From an uncultured Acidobacteriota bacterium (GTDB lineage: Bacteria > Acidobacteriota > Vicinamibacteria > Vicinamibacterales > UBA2999), in NCBI GenBank assembly GCA_963786365.1, contig CAWAYR010000020.1:7623-71622 (forward strand): 64,000 nt of DNA, read 5' to 3'. How positions within the stretch are numbered: position 1 is the first letter of the stretch; the number at the start of each line of letters is the position of its first letter. The notes below the pieces were generated by a model. The model did no database searches and had not been told where the DNA came from. It saw only the letters and a program-made list of their open reading frames with translations. The translations under genes were made by a program, and so were the position numbers. This document shows positions 47,593-57,926 of the stretch, piece after piece.

Positions 47593-50141
47593 TCAGCGCA
47601 GGCCGTCGACCAGGTACAGCGCCGACAGCGCCCGGATGAACGTGTAGACGTAGGCTCGGGCGTCGGGCGTCATCACGGTGCGAAGAATCTCCATCGTGCC
47701 GGCCGGGTCGGGCGGCAGCAGCGCGCGCACCGGCTCCCGCCGCCCGGTCCGCAGATTCACCCGCGCGACGATCGGCCGGCAGGCTGCGCGCGCCCTGCAC
47801 GTACAACCACTCGCCGTCGGCACTGACGACGATCGGCACATCCCGGCCCTCGGCGCCGGCCAGCGGTCGTGGCGCGCCGCCGCCGATCGCGAAGACCGCC
47901 AGCCGCCGGTCGGTGCCACGCGTGACGAAGTGCTCGCCGTCCGGCAGGACGGCCAGGCGCCCGAACACCCCGTCGGCGGTCACCGCCTGCGGGTCGCCGC
48001 CGTCGATCGACTGCAGGTAGATGCGGTTCGGGCCGGTCCTTCTCCGCCGCCGCCACCAGGAACCGCCGGCCGTCGGGCAGGAACCGCGCCGCCGGAAAGT
48101 ACGACGCGAGTGGCCCGGCCGGCAGCGTTCGCGGCTGCCCCACGCCGGTCGGCAACAGCACCAGCCGATCGGCCGCCACCGGCGTCGACAGCACCCACTG
48201 CTTGTCGGGCGACAGCGCCAGCGGCACGCCGTCGCCAAGCCGCACCGCCGGCGCGCCGTCGAGCGTGCGCAGGTAGATCGAGCGGGCCGTGCCGCCGCCC
48301 TCCCACGACTCCTCGAGCACGGTCGTCGATGCCGTCGGCCGACAGATCCCAGGCCATCGATCCGTCGAGCCACGACAGATCGCGTTCGCGGGCAGCGCCG
48401 GCCGCCTGGGCCATCACGCCGGCGCCCCACGCGTCGCGCGACACCAGGGCGCGGCCGTCGGGCGCGACGTCGTGCAGCGTGAGGGTCGCCGGCGCGGCCA
48501 GCAGCTGGCGCTCCTGCCCGGCGCGGCTCACCGCGTGCAGCGCCTGCGCCGCCCCGGTGCGCGTGCCGGTGAACCAGATCTCCTGGCCATCGGGCGACCA
48601 GGCCAGGCCGAGCACGCTGTTCCAGCCGGTCGACAGCGTCGTCGCCCGGCCCTCGAGGTCGACCAGCGCCACCGAGCCGGCGGTGTCGCCCGAGACCGGA
48701 TGCACCAGGATGGCCACGGCGTCGCCGCTGGGCGAGACGCGGATATGGGTGATGTGGCCCGGGCTGGGATCGTAGAGCGTGCGTCCGATCGGATACTCGA
48801 GGACGTCCTTGCCGCTGCCGCTGCGGACGATCGCCAGTTCCGATCCGTCGGGCCGCCAGTCGGCGGCCAGCACGGCCTCGGCCAGCTGCCGCGGCGGGCC
48901 GCCGGCCAGCGCCGCGCGGGCCAGCGTGCCTTCGACGCGGCCGAATCCCTGCGGGTCCGAGCACCACGGCCATCTCGCCCTTGGCCGACATCGCGAAGAG
49001 GCCCATGCCGGTCATCTGCAGCGGCCGCGCTTCGGGGGCGTCGGGCCGGGTCGAGAACAGCTCCGTCGGCCGCCCTTCCCACGCCGCCGCGTAGACGATG
49101 GTCTGACCGTCGGCGGTGAAACGCGCGCCTTGCACGGCGCCGCGACGGAAGGTGAGCTGATGGAAGCGCGGCTGCGCCGGGCCCGGCTGGCGCAGGCCGA
49201 GCGCGAACCCGCCGGCGAGTGCCAGCGCCACGACGGCCACGCCCGCCGCCCACTTCCACGGCAGGCGCCGCGACGGCGCCGCGGCGATCGCCGGCGTCGA
49301 GACGCCGGAGATCGCTTCGAGCGCGAACCGCAGGTCGGCCGCGGTCTGGAACCGGTCGTCGCGCGACTTCTCCAGGCAGCGATCGACGATGCGCGCCAGC
49401 GACGAGCGACAGGCCCGGCACGACCAGCGTCAAGTCCGGCGGCTGCTCCTTCAGGATCGCCGACAGCGTTTCCGCCGGCGAGTTGCCCTGGAAGGCGCGC
49501 TGGCCGGCGAGCATCTCGTAGAGCACCGCGCCGAACGAGAAGATGTCGGCGCGATGGTCGGCCAGCTCGCCGCGCGCCTGCTCGGGCGACATGTAGCCGA
49601 CGGTGCCGAGCACCAGGCCGGCGGCCGTGGTCGACATGGCGCTGCGCGTCGTGCCCGCGGCTTCGCTGAGCTTGGCCAGGCCGAAGTCGAGAATCTTCAC
49701 CAGCCCGTCGGCGGTGACGAACAGGTTCTCGGGCTTCAGGTCGCGATGCACGATGCCGCGGCGGTGCGCCGCCGCCAGGCCGCGGGCGATCTGCTGGGCG
49801 TAGGTCAGCGCCTTGCGCAGCGGCAGCGGCCCGTCGGCCAGGGCCGCGCGCAGCGTCTCGCCGTCGAGCAGCTCGGTGACGACATAGGGCTGGCCCTCGG
49901 CGGTGCCGACGTCGTAGACGGCGACGATGTTGGAGTCGTTGAGCGCGGCGGTCGCGCGCGCCTCCTGCTCGAAGCGCTGCAGCCGATCGGGGTCGGTGGC
50001 GAAGGTCGCCGGCAGCACCTTGATGGCGACGTCGCGGCCGAGGCGCGGATCGCGGGCGCGATACACCTCGCCCATGCCGCCGGCGCCCAGCAGGCCGACG
50101 ATCTCGTAGGGCCCGAGCCGCGATCCCGGTGCGAGGTTCAT
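47593..50141 (-). CDS. Ser/Thr protein kinase with a TM segment and C-terminal TolB-like beta-propeller (at least 6 frameshifts)
   Basis: ORF 48528..50141 reads [31 protein letters not shown]...VAIKVL...[10 protein letters not shown]...ILDFGLAK...[10 protein letters not shown]. The [18 protein letters not shown] and PD40-like repeats are spread over 47537..49240, 47980..48873, 47757..48320 and 47593..47919 (...[10 protein letters not shown]..., ...WRPDGSELA..., ...[10 protein letters not shown]..., ...[10 protein letters not shown]..., ...[10 protein letters not shown]...). Confidence 0.9.
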
Positions 50142-50163
50142 GGGCCCGCGGCCGTGGTGTCGG

Positions 50164-51639
50164 CTAGCGGGTCAGCGACCGCTCGGCCTTGCCCGAGTAG
50201 TTGATGAACACCGTCTTCAGCTCGGTGAAGAAGTGCAGGCCTTCCTCGGCCATCTCGCGCTCGCCGACGCCGGTCGACTTGGTGCCGCCAAACGGCAGCT
50301 GCGCCTCGCCGCCGACGGTCGGCTCGTTGACGTGCACCATGCCGACCTCGACGTCCTCGACGAAGCGCATCACCGCGGTGATGTCCTGCGTGAAGATCGA
50401 GGTGGTCAGGCCCGTACTCGACGGCGTTGGCCTTGGCCAGCGCCTCTTCGAGGCTCGACGGCCACGGCCACCGACGAGCACCGGGCCGAAGATCTCTTCC
50501 TTGAAGATCCGCATGCCCGGGATCGACGTCGTCGAAGATCGTCGGGGCGATGAAGTAGCCCTGCGCCAGGTGCTCGGGCCGGCCGCCGCCGGTGAGCAGC
50601 CGTGCCCCCTCCTTCCGGCCGACGTCGATGTAGTCGAGCACGGTCTGCCACTGCGAGTCGGCGATCGACGGCCCCATCTCCATCGTCTCGTCGAGACCGG
50701 GGCCGACCTTGATCTTCTCGGCCGAGGCCACCAGCCGATCGACCAGCGCGCGCTTGACGTCGGGGTGGGCGATCACCCGCGAGGTCGCCGTGCAGCGCTG
50801 GCCGGTGGAGCCGAAGGCGCCGCCGTGAATCGCCGTCGCCGCCTTGTCGAGGTCGGCGTCGGGCATGACGATCACCGCGTTCTTGCCGCCCATCTCGCAG
50901 GTGACCTTGGCGCCGCGCCGCGCCGCCTTCACGTACAGCTCGCTGGCCGACCTGATTCGACCCGGTGAAGGAGATCGCCCGCAGTTCGGGCGCCGCGACC
51001 ATCGCCTCGCCGACGACCGAGCCCTTGCCGACCACCATGTTGAAGACGCCCGGCGGCATCCCGGCCTCTTCGTAGATCTCGGTGAGCAGCGTCGCCGTCG
51101 CCGGCACCAGCTCCGACGGCTTGAACACCACGCAGTTGCCGGCGACCAGCGCCGGCGCCGACTTCCACACCGGGATCGCCCACGGGAAGTTCCACGGCGC
51201 GATCAGCCCGACGACGCCGAGCGGCTGGCGCAGCGTGTAGGCGAAGGTGTCGCGGGCTTCGGACGGCAGCGTCTTGCCGTGCATGCGGAAGCCTTCGCCG
51301 GCGTAGTACTCGAGCAGCGAGATGCCCTTCATCACCTCGCCCTTGGCTTCCTTCAGGATCTTGCCTTCCTCGCGGGTCAGCACCCGGGCGATCTCGTCGG
51401 CGCGGCGGCGCGCGATCTCGGCGGCCCGCCACAGCACCCGGCCGCGCTCGGGCCCGGGGGTCTTCTTCCAGCCGCGCCACGCCGCGCTGGCCGCGTCGAC
51501 CGCCAGGCGCGACGTCGGCGGCGGTCGCCAGCGGGAACTCGGCGATCACGTCGGCGGTGTCGGCGGGATTGACGTTGCGGGTGACGTGGGTGGAGGCCGG
51601 GTGATACCAGGAGCCGTTGACGTAGGAGCCGGTGTGCAT
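50164..51639 (-). CDS. NAD(P)-dependent aldehyde dehydrogenase (at least 3 frameshifts)
   Basis: ATG 51639 gives [14 protein letters not shown].... The pieces are 50406..51437 (...[33 protein letters not shown]...FTGS), 50138..50932 (...[13 protein letters not shown]...[14 protein letters not shown]...) and 50164..50514 (...[10 protein letters not shown]...[15 protein letters not shown]...). Confidence 0.9.
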
Positions 51640-51706
51640 GCGGGCTAACACACTAGCATGCGGGCGAGGCCGACGGCGCGCCGGCCCACGCCGCCACGTC
51701 GTCGGG

Positions 51707-52252
51707 CTAGCCGCCGTATTGCCAGGAAGCGCGCCACTCGTAGAACCACGTCAGCCTCTGGCCCGACGGCAGTCGTGCCGTGACCCTCTCCTGCGCAAGG
51801 AGCGTGTGGGCGTCGTCCGCGAACGTCCCCTCGACCCGCGACTCGGTCTCGATGTCGACGCGTGTGCCGTTGCACAGCATCGCGCCGGGATGACGTCCTT
51901 CGGCCATGGTCAGGGTGTCACGGTCGATGACGCCGGTGTATTCGTAGCGATCGGTGGGATCCCGCTCGTCGGCGACGATGACGTTCACCTCCCCTCCGCC
52001 GAGCAGGGTCAGGGTCATGAGCCATGGGACGGTCCGTCCAGGAGTGAACGTCACTCCGCACGCGTCCCCGCCGGTGACGGCCGTCAGCGTCGTCGTGAGG
52101 CTCCATCGTTGTCCGCCGCTGGCGCGGCGGCGCCGGAGCGGGCGTAGCCGTCGGTGCGGTCGGGAACGGCGGAACGCTGCGTCGAGCGGGTGTCGCAGGC
52201 GGCCGACCACGACGCGAGGACCACGACCAACGCCCTTGCCGACGCCGTCCAT
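51707..52252 (-). CDS. Hypothetical lipoprotein, downstream copy of a tandem paralogue pair (two compensating frameshifts near the N-terminus)
   Basis: ATG 52252 is preceded by GAGGAG. The start reads MDGVGKG / LVVVLASWSAACDTRST... (lipobox). It is followed by QRWSLTTTLTAVTGGDACGVTF...YEYTGVIDRDTLTMAEG...MLCNGTRVDIETESRVEGTFADD...RLTWFYEWRASWQYGG* (ORF 51707..52888 frame). Confidence 0.55.
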   Translation of the reverse strand: MDGVGKGVGRGPRVVVGRLRHPLDAAFRRSRPHRRLRPLRRRRASGGQRWSLTTTLTAVTGGDACGVTFTPGRTVPWLMTLTLLGGGEVNVIVADERDPTDRYEYTGVIDRDTLTMAEGRHPGAMLCNGTRVDIETESRVEGTFADDAHTLLAQERVTARLPSGQRLTWFYEWRASWQYGG

Positions 52253-52308
52253 GATGGCTCCTCGAAGGACAGCTGGCCGTCCGCTACGGGCTGGATCGCG
52301 GCCGGCCG

Positions 52309-52888
52309 TCATTGCCGCGTCGCGTGCCACTTGGAATGCCACGTCAGCGTGGCTCCCGACGCCAGCCACGTGCTGTAGACCTCGTCGGCCTCCAGCGACC
52401 GTCCGCCATCGGCGAAGCGCCCGGTCACGCGCGCCTCGTCTCGGAACCCGACTCGCGTGTCGCCGCAGGTCATCCCGGCCACCGCCACCGACTCCCGTCG
52501 TTACCGTGAACGCTTCCCCGTCGGTCGTGCCGGAGTACGCAGGCCGATCGTTGAGGTTGCTGTGGTTGACCAGAGACAGCACCAGGCGCTCGCCGGCACG
52601 ATCGATCGTCAGCGTCCATTGCGTGGCGGCGCCGACCGGGGGGCTACCTAGACCAGGGCACGCCTCGCCACCGTGGGCGCCGAGGTAGGTCGTCGTCAGG
52701 CTCCAGCGCTCCGCCGTCGCAGCGGCAGCCGGCGCGGACGGGGCGGTCGGCGACACCGGCAGCCACAACCGTGGGGATAGGTCGCTGCAGCCGGTCGGGC
52801 CGAGCCCGAGACACAGTGCGGCGACGACCGCGGTGGACGGCAGAAGGCGCGTAGGCACGGGGGTAAGATAGCCATCGACTCGAGCCAA
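52309..52888 (-). CDS. Hypothetical lipoprotein, upstream copy of the tandem paralogue pair (one frameshift near 52490)
   Basis: The track ORF starts at TTG 52888 (an alternative ATG at 52875 is in another frame). It reads ...TAVVAALCLGLGPTGC...ERWSLTTTYLGAHGGEACPGLG...PAYSGTTDGEAFTVTTG. A manual +1 frame then gives MTCGDTRVGFRDEARVTGRFADGGRSLEADEVYSTWLASGATLTWHSKWHATRQ* (TGA at 52309-52311). Confidence 0.55.
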
Positions 52889-52937
52889 GTCTCAGGAGCC
52901 GTTCACGAAGAATTCAGGTTTTCGCCAAGAGCGCGTC

Positions 52938-53597
52938 GTGAGCATTCAATTCGGTCCCTACACCCTGGACCTCGAGACCCGCCAGCTCCTGCGGGAGGGT
53001 CGCGACGTGCACCTCACGCCGAAGGCCTTCGACCTGTTGGCCACCCTCGCACTGAGCCGTCCGTCGGCGCAGAGCAAGCAGGTCCTCCATGCACGGCTCT
53101 GGCCCGATACCTTCGTGCCGAGGCCAACCTGTCGAATCTCGTGGGAGAGATCGGGCGGCCCTCGACGACCGCGGCCGCGTCGCGACCTGGATTCGGACGG
53201 TCCACGGGTTCGGCTACGCCTTCTGCGGCGAGGCGGTCACCGTGCCGCGCACGCGCCGAGCGCGGCCGCTGCCCATCCCGGGTGCTGGCTCGCGTGGGGT
53301 CACCGTCGCTTTCCGCTGTCGCTCGGCGAACACGTCATCGGCCGGGATCCCGACGTCGATATCCCGCTCGACGAGTCCACGGTGTCGCGGCGGCACGCCC
53401 GGCTGCTCGTCACAATCGACGGCGCGGTGCTCGAGGACTTCGACAGCAAGAACGGCACGCTGCGCGGTGGCGAGCCGGTCACGGGGCCGGTCGCCCTCAG
53501 CGATGGCGACGCCCTCCACATCGGATCGTTGATCCTGACGTTCCACATGCGGCCACCGCTCGGGTCGACCGACACGCACGCCAGGACGCTGCGATAG
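52938..53597 (+). CDS. Winged-helix (OmpR/PhoB-type DNA-binding) + FHA domain regulator, EmbR-like but without BTAD (at least 3 frameshifts)
   Basis: GTG 52938 gives [60 protein letters not shown]. Other frames give ...[11 protein letters not shown]... and ...[25 protein letters not shown]. The FHA part reads ...[56 protein letters not shown]...[16 protein letters not shown]. Confidence 0.8.
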   Translation: MSIQFGPYTLDLETRQLLREGRDVHLTPKAFDLLATLALSRPSAQSKQVLHARLWPDTFVPRPTCRISWERSGGPRRPRPRRDLDSDGPRVRLRLLRRGGHRAAHAPSAAAAHPGCWLAWGHRRFPLSLGEHVIGRDPDVDIPLDESTVSRRHARLLVTIDGAVLEDFDSKNGTLRGGEPVTGPVALSDGDALHIGSLILTFHMRPPLGSTDTHARTLR

Positions 53598-53610
53598 ATC
53601 GGTTCACCCC

Positions 53611-56241
53611 ATGCCACTCGCCAAGGGCACCCACGTCGGTCCGTACGAGATCGTCGGATGGCTCGGCGCCGGCGGGATGGGCGACGTCTACCGCGCCCGT
53701 GATTCGCGCCTCGGGCGAGACGTCGCGATCAAGGTGATCGCGGAGGCCTTCGCCGAGGACGCGAGCCGGGTGCAGCGCTTCGAGCTGGAGGCCCGGGCGG
53801 CCAGCCTGCTCAGTCACCCGAACATCCTCGCCGTCTACGACGTCGGCAGCGACGGCGGCGCGCCGTACATCGTCTCCGAACTGCTCGAAGGCGAGTCGCT
53901 CCGCACCCGGCTGCAGCTGGGGGCGCTGCCCTGGCGCAAGGCCGCCGACTACGCCCGCCAGATCGCCGACGGGCTGGCCGCGGCCCACGACAAGCACCTC
54001 GTCCACCGCGATGTGAAGCCCGACAACCTGTTCATCACGACCGACGGGCGGATCAAGATCCTCGACTTCGGCATCGTCAAGCTCACGCGCCCTGACGAGG
54101 CGCCGTCCCGGCCCTGTGGGGGGCGCGACGAAGACCAAGACCGGCGTCGTGCTCGGCACTGCCGGCTACATGTCGCCCCAGCAGGTCTGCGGCGACACCG
54201 TGGACGCCCGTTCCGACCTGTTCAGCCTCGGGGCGGTGCTCTACGAGATGCTCGCGGGCCGTCCGGCCTTCGCGCGCGAGACGTCGGCGGCGACCATGAC
54301 GGCGGTGCTGACCGAGGAGCCGCCGCCTACCGGCCGACGTGCCGCCGGCGCTCGCGCGCGTGGTCGTCGCGCTGCCTCGAGAAGTCGCCGCAGCGCGCGT
54401 TTCCAGACCGCGCGTGACCTGGTGTTCTGCCTGGAGGGCGTCGCCGCGACCGACGCCCGCGCGATGCCGGCGACCGGATCGGCCGCCGCGCGCCGCGCGC
54501 TGGCGCGCGGCCGCGGCAGACCGGCGTGGCCGTGCTCGGCCTGATGGCCGCCGCATGGCTGACCGGGCGAACCCCGCCCGCCGGCGCGAATCCGCTGGCC
54601 GACGCGCGGTTCACGCGCTTCACCGACTGGGAGGGCGCGGAAGAGGGCGCGGAGATCTCGCCCGATGGCGAGTTCGTCGTGTTTCTCTCCGACCGCAGCG
54701 GCCAGTTCGACATCTGGCAGAGCCGGGTCGGCACCGGGGTGTTCTCCAATCTCACCGCGGATCTGCCGCCGTTGACGTCCAGCGGGTTCATCGTCCGGAA
54801 GCTCGGCTTCTCGGCCGACGGCAAGGACCTCTGGTTCAATCCCGGCGATGGTCTGCCGCCGACGCTGATGCCCGCGACCGGGGGCGTGCCGCGGCCGTTC
54901 CTGGCGGCCGGCACCAACACGCCGGCGTGGTCGCCGGCGGGCAACGAGCCTCGTCTACATCGACAAGTCCAACGGCGACGACCCGATCTACGTCGCCGAT
55001 CGCTTCGGCGGCGACGCGCACGCGATCTTCGGGCCCGGGCCGCTGAAGAACATGAATCCGGTCTGGTCGCCCGACGGCCAATGGATCTACTTCGGCCGGG
55101 GCGCGGAACCGCAGGACGAGGCGGAGATGGACGTGTGGCGGATTCGCCCGACCGGCGGATCGCCGGAGCGCGTGACGACACAGCATCTCGCCATCAACTT
55201 CCTGGCGCCGCTCGACGCCCGCACGCTGTTGTACGTGGCGCGGGCGGAGGATCGGTCGGGGCCGTGGCTGTGGTCGCTCGACATCGGCAGCGGCGTGTCG
55301 ACCCGAGTGCCGTCGGGCGTCGATCAATACACGTCGGTCTCGACCAGCCGCGACGGGCGGCGGATCGTCGCCACGGTGGCCAATCCCAGCGCCAGCCTGT
55401 GGCGCGTGCCGCTGCTCGATCGAGTCGCCGAGGAACGCGACGCCGAACCCTACCCACTGCCGGCACCCAACCGGGATGGCGCTGGCCCCGCGCTTCGGCA
55501 AGACCGCGTTGTATTACCTCTCCGCCCGGGGAACGGCCGACGGCCTCTGGAAGGTCGAGAACGGCACGCCGTCACAGGTACGGCGGGGCGTCGACGGGGC
55601 CCTGTCCGAACCGCCGGCGGTCTCGCCGGACGGCCGACTCGCCGTCGTCATCCGGAAGGACGGGAAGCGGCATCTCTCGATCATGTCGGCGGACGGCACC
55701 AACGCGCGAACCGTGGCCCCGACGCTCGCCATCGAGGGCGCCGCCGGCCAGGGTGCCGTGGACTGGTCGCCCGACGGCACGCGGATCGTGGCCGGCGGCC
55801 GCGACGAGCAGGGCCCGGCGCTGTTCGTCATCACTGTCGAAACCGGCGTGCCAGCCCGCATCGTCGACGGCAAGTGGGTCAATCCGGTGTGGTCGCCACG
55901 CGGCGACCTCATCGTCTACGCCGGACGGTCGCTCATCGGCCAGGTCGAAGCTTCGCGGGGTGCGACCCGACGGCACTCCGGTCGACCTGCCGCGGTTGCT
56001 GGTTCGCCCGGGCGGCTATCGCTTCCTCCCCGACGGCGCCGGCCTGGTCTACTTGCCACGGATCACGTCCCCGGACTTCTGGGTGGTCGACTTCGAGACC
56101 AGGGCCGTGCGCCAGCTCGCGCGGCTCGCCAATCAGGGCGCGGTGCGGACCTTCGACATCACGCCCGACGGGACGCACATCGTGTTCGATCGCTCGCGGC
56201 AGAACTCGGACATCGTCCTCATCGATCTGCCGCCGCGCTGA
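53611..56241 (+). CDS. Ser/Thr protein kinase with a TM segment and TolB-like beta-propeller, paralogue of 47593..50141 (at least 7 frameshifts)
   Basis: ATG 53611 gives [31 protein letters not shown]...VAIKVI...[10 protein letters not shown]...ILDFGIVK. Colinear pieces follow in 54116..54544 ([10 protein letters not shown]...), 54526..56241 ([13 protein letters not shown]; ...[16 protein letters not shown]...), 55052..57064 (...[10 protein letters not shown]...) and 55476..56399 (...[10 protein letters not shown]...[10 protein letters not shown]...). It ends ...[20 protein letters not shown]. Confidence 0.9.
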
Positions 56242-56311
56242 AGAGCCCTGGCGAGGGCACCCGTCGGCGCCTGGACGCATCCAGGCATGGCCATTGCAGC
56301 GTCAGCCTGCG

Positions 56312-57470
56312 ATGCCCAACCTCAGTGTCCCGGTCGACTCACCTTTGTCCTCGTTGCTCCACAGGTTGGCGTCGTACGAACCCCGCGGCGGCGAGGTGAT
56401 CAGTCTCTACCTGAATCTCGGCCCCGACCAGCACGGCCGCGGCGCGCACGACGTCTTCCTGCGGCGGGCGTTCGCCGACCAGCTGAAGGCGGCGGCAGCC
56501 CGTCCGGACGCTGGCGACGGCCTGGCCCGGACCGTGGCCCGCATCGAGGCGTATCTCGCCGACGACGTCGATCGCGCGGCGAAAGCGGCGGCGATCTTCG
56601 CGACGGCCGACGGCGACGAGCCTGTTCGAGGCGGTGCCGCTCGAGGCGCCGATCGACGGGCACCAGCTGTTCCTCGGGCCGGTCCCGCACCTGTATCCGC
56701 TGGTGCGGCTGATCGACCAGTACCCGCGCTACGCGGCGCTGCTCCTCGACACCAACCGGGCCCGGATCATCGTCTTCGGCCTCGGCGCGGTCGAGAGCCG
56801 GGAGGAGGTCAGCGGCGAGAAGACGCGGCGGCATTCGATGGGCGGCTGGTCGCAGGCCCGCTACCAGCGCCGCACCGCGAACATCCACTTGCACCACCTC
56901 AAGGAAGTCGTCGAGATGCTGGAGCGCGTCGTTCGCGACGAGGCCATCGACCGCATCATCGTCGCCGGCGACGCCGCGGTCGTCGCGCGGCTGCACGAAC
57001 AGCTGCCGGCGCCTCTTGCCGCCAAGGTCGTCGACGCCGTGCGGCTCGACCGCCACGCCGGTGAGGACGAGATTGTCAGCGAAGCGATGCGCGCCCTGCG
57101 GCAGCGGGACGCCGAGGACGACAGTGCGCGGGTGGCCGACGTGGTCGGCGCCTGGCGGGCGGGTGGACTCGGTGTCGCCGGGCCGGAAGCCACGCTCCGC
57201 GCCCTGCAGCTGGGCCAGGTCGACGAACTGCTGATTGCCGCCACGCCGGCGATCCTCAAGGCGGTGCAGACGTTGCCCGACGACGCCGCGGCGGCGCCGT
57301 CGACGGCCGAGCGCTCCGCTCCCGACGGCGCCGAAGTGGCGCAGTTGCACCTGGCCGACGAACTCGTCACGCGGGCGACCCAGACCGGCGCCGCGGTGCG
57401 GATCATCGAAGACGCGGGGTTGCTCGAAGACTACGGCGGCGTCGCTGCTGCCCTGCGTTTTCGAATCTGA
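56312..57470 (+). CDS. Bacterial aeRF1-type (eRF1/Pelota/Vms1-like) release-factor-fold protein lacking GGQ (one frameshift near 56620)
   Basis: ATG 56312 gives MPNLSVPVDSPLSSLLHRLASYEPRGGEVISLYLNL...AAIFATADGDE (frame of ORF 55052..57064). ORF 56634..57470 then gives LFEAVPLEAPIDGHQLFLGPVPHLYPLVRLIDQYPRYAALLLDTNRARIIVF...EKTRRHSMGGWSQARYQRRTANH...RIIVAGD...GLGVAGPEATLRALQLGQVDELLI...AAVRIIED...GGVAAALRFRI*. The layout and the GGWSQxRYQRR loop match my recollection of baeRF/Vms1-like families. Confidence 0.7.
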
Positions 57471-57486
57471 TCGAAGGAGTCAGGTG

Positions 57487-57922
57487 ATGAGCCGTCAGAA
57501 CAAGGTCAACCCTGGGCAGTACACCAGCGCCGGCCGGCTGTCGGCCGACGATCTCGGACGCGAGCTGCGGCGCCAGAACGGCAAGACGGCGGCGGCCGGC
57601 GGGCCCGAGGCCGAGCGCCCGGCCTGGGAAACCAGGCAGCCGCCGATTCGGCTGGCCAAGAAGGCGCGGCCGCCGGCGGTGCCCGGACGCGCCAAGGTCG
57701 CCGCCGCCCGAGCGGTCATCGGCGTGACCCGCGTGACCGCCAGAGCCGCGAAGACAGTCACCGGCGCGGCGAAGAGGGTCGTGACGAAGGGCGCCGGGTC
57801 CGCGTCGGCAACAACGCGGGCGGCGACGGCGGCCCCGCCGCGCGCCGGCCAAGAAGACGACGACGTCCCTGACGAAGACGACGCGGGAGGCCCCGCCGGC
57901 CCCGGCGGCGAAGCGCCGCTGA
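57487..57922 (+). CDS. Small basic Ala/Lys/Arg/Thr-rich protein with a histone-H1-like tail (3' end needs one frame change)
   Basis: GAAGGAG precedes ATG 57487 by 7 nt. It reads MSRQNKVNPGQYTSAGRLSADDLGRELRRQNGKTAAAGG...RLAKKARPPAVPGRAKVAAARAVIG...AAKTVTGAAKRVVTKGAGS.... The tail in a shifted frame, APAKKTTTSLTKTTREAPPAPAAKRR*, stops at 57920-57922, just before the convergent gene. The unshifted frame would overlap that gene. Confidence 0.5.
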
Positions 57923-57926
57923 CGCC

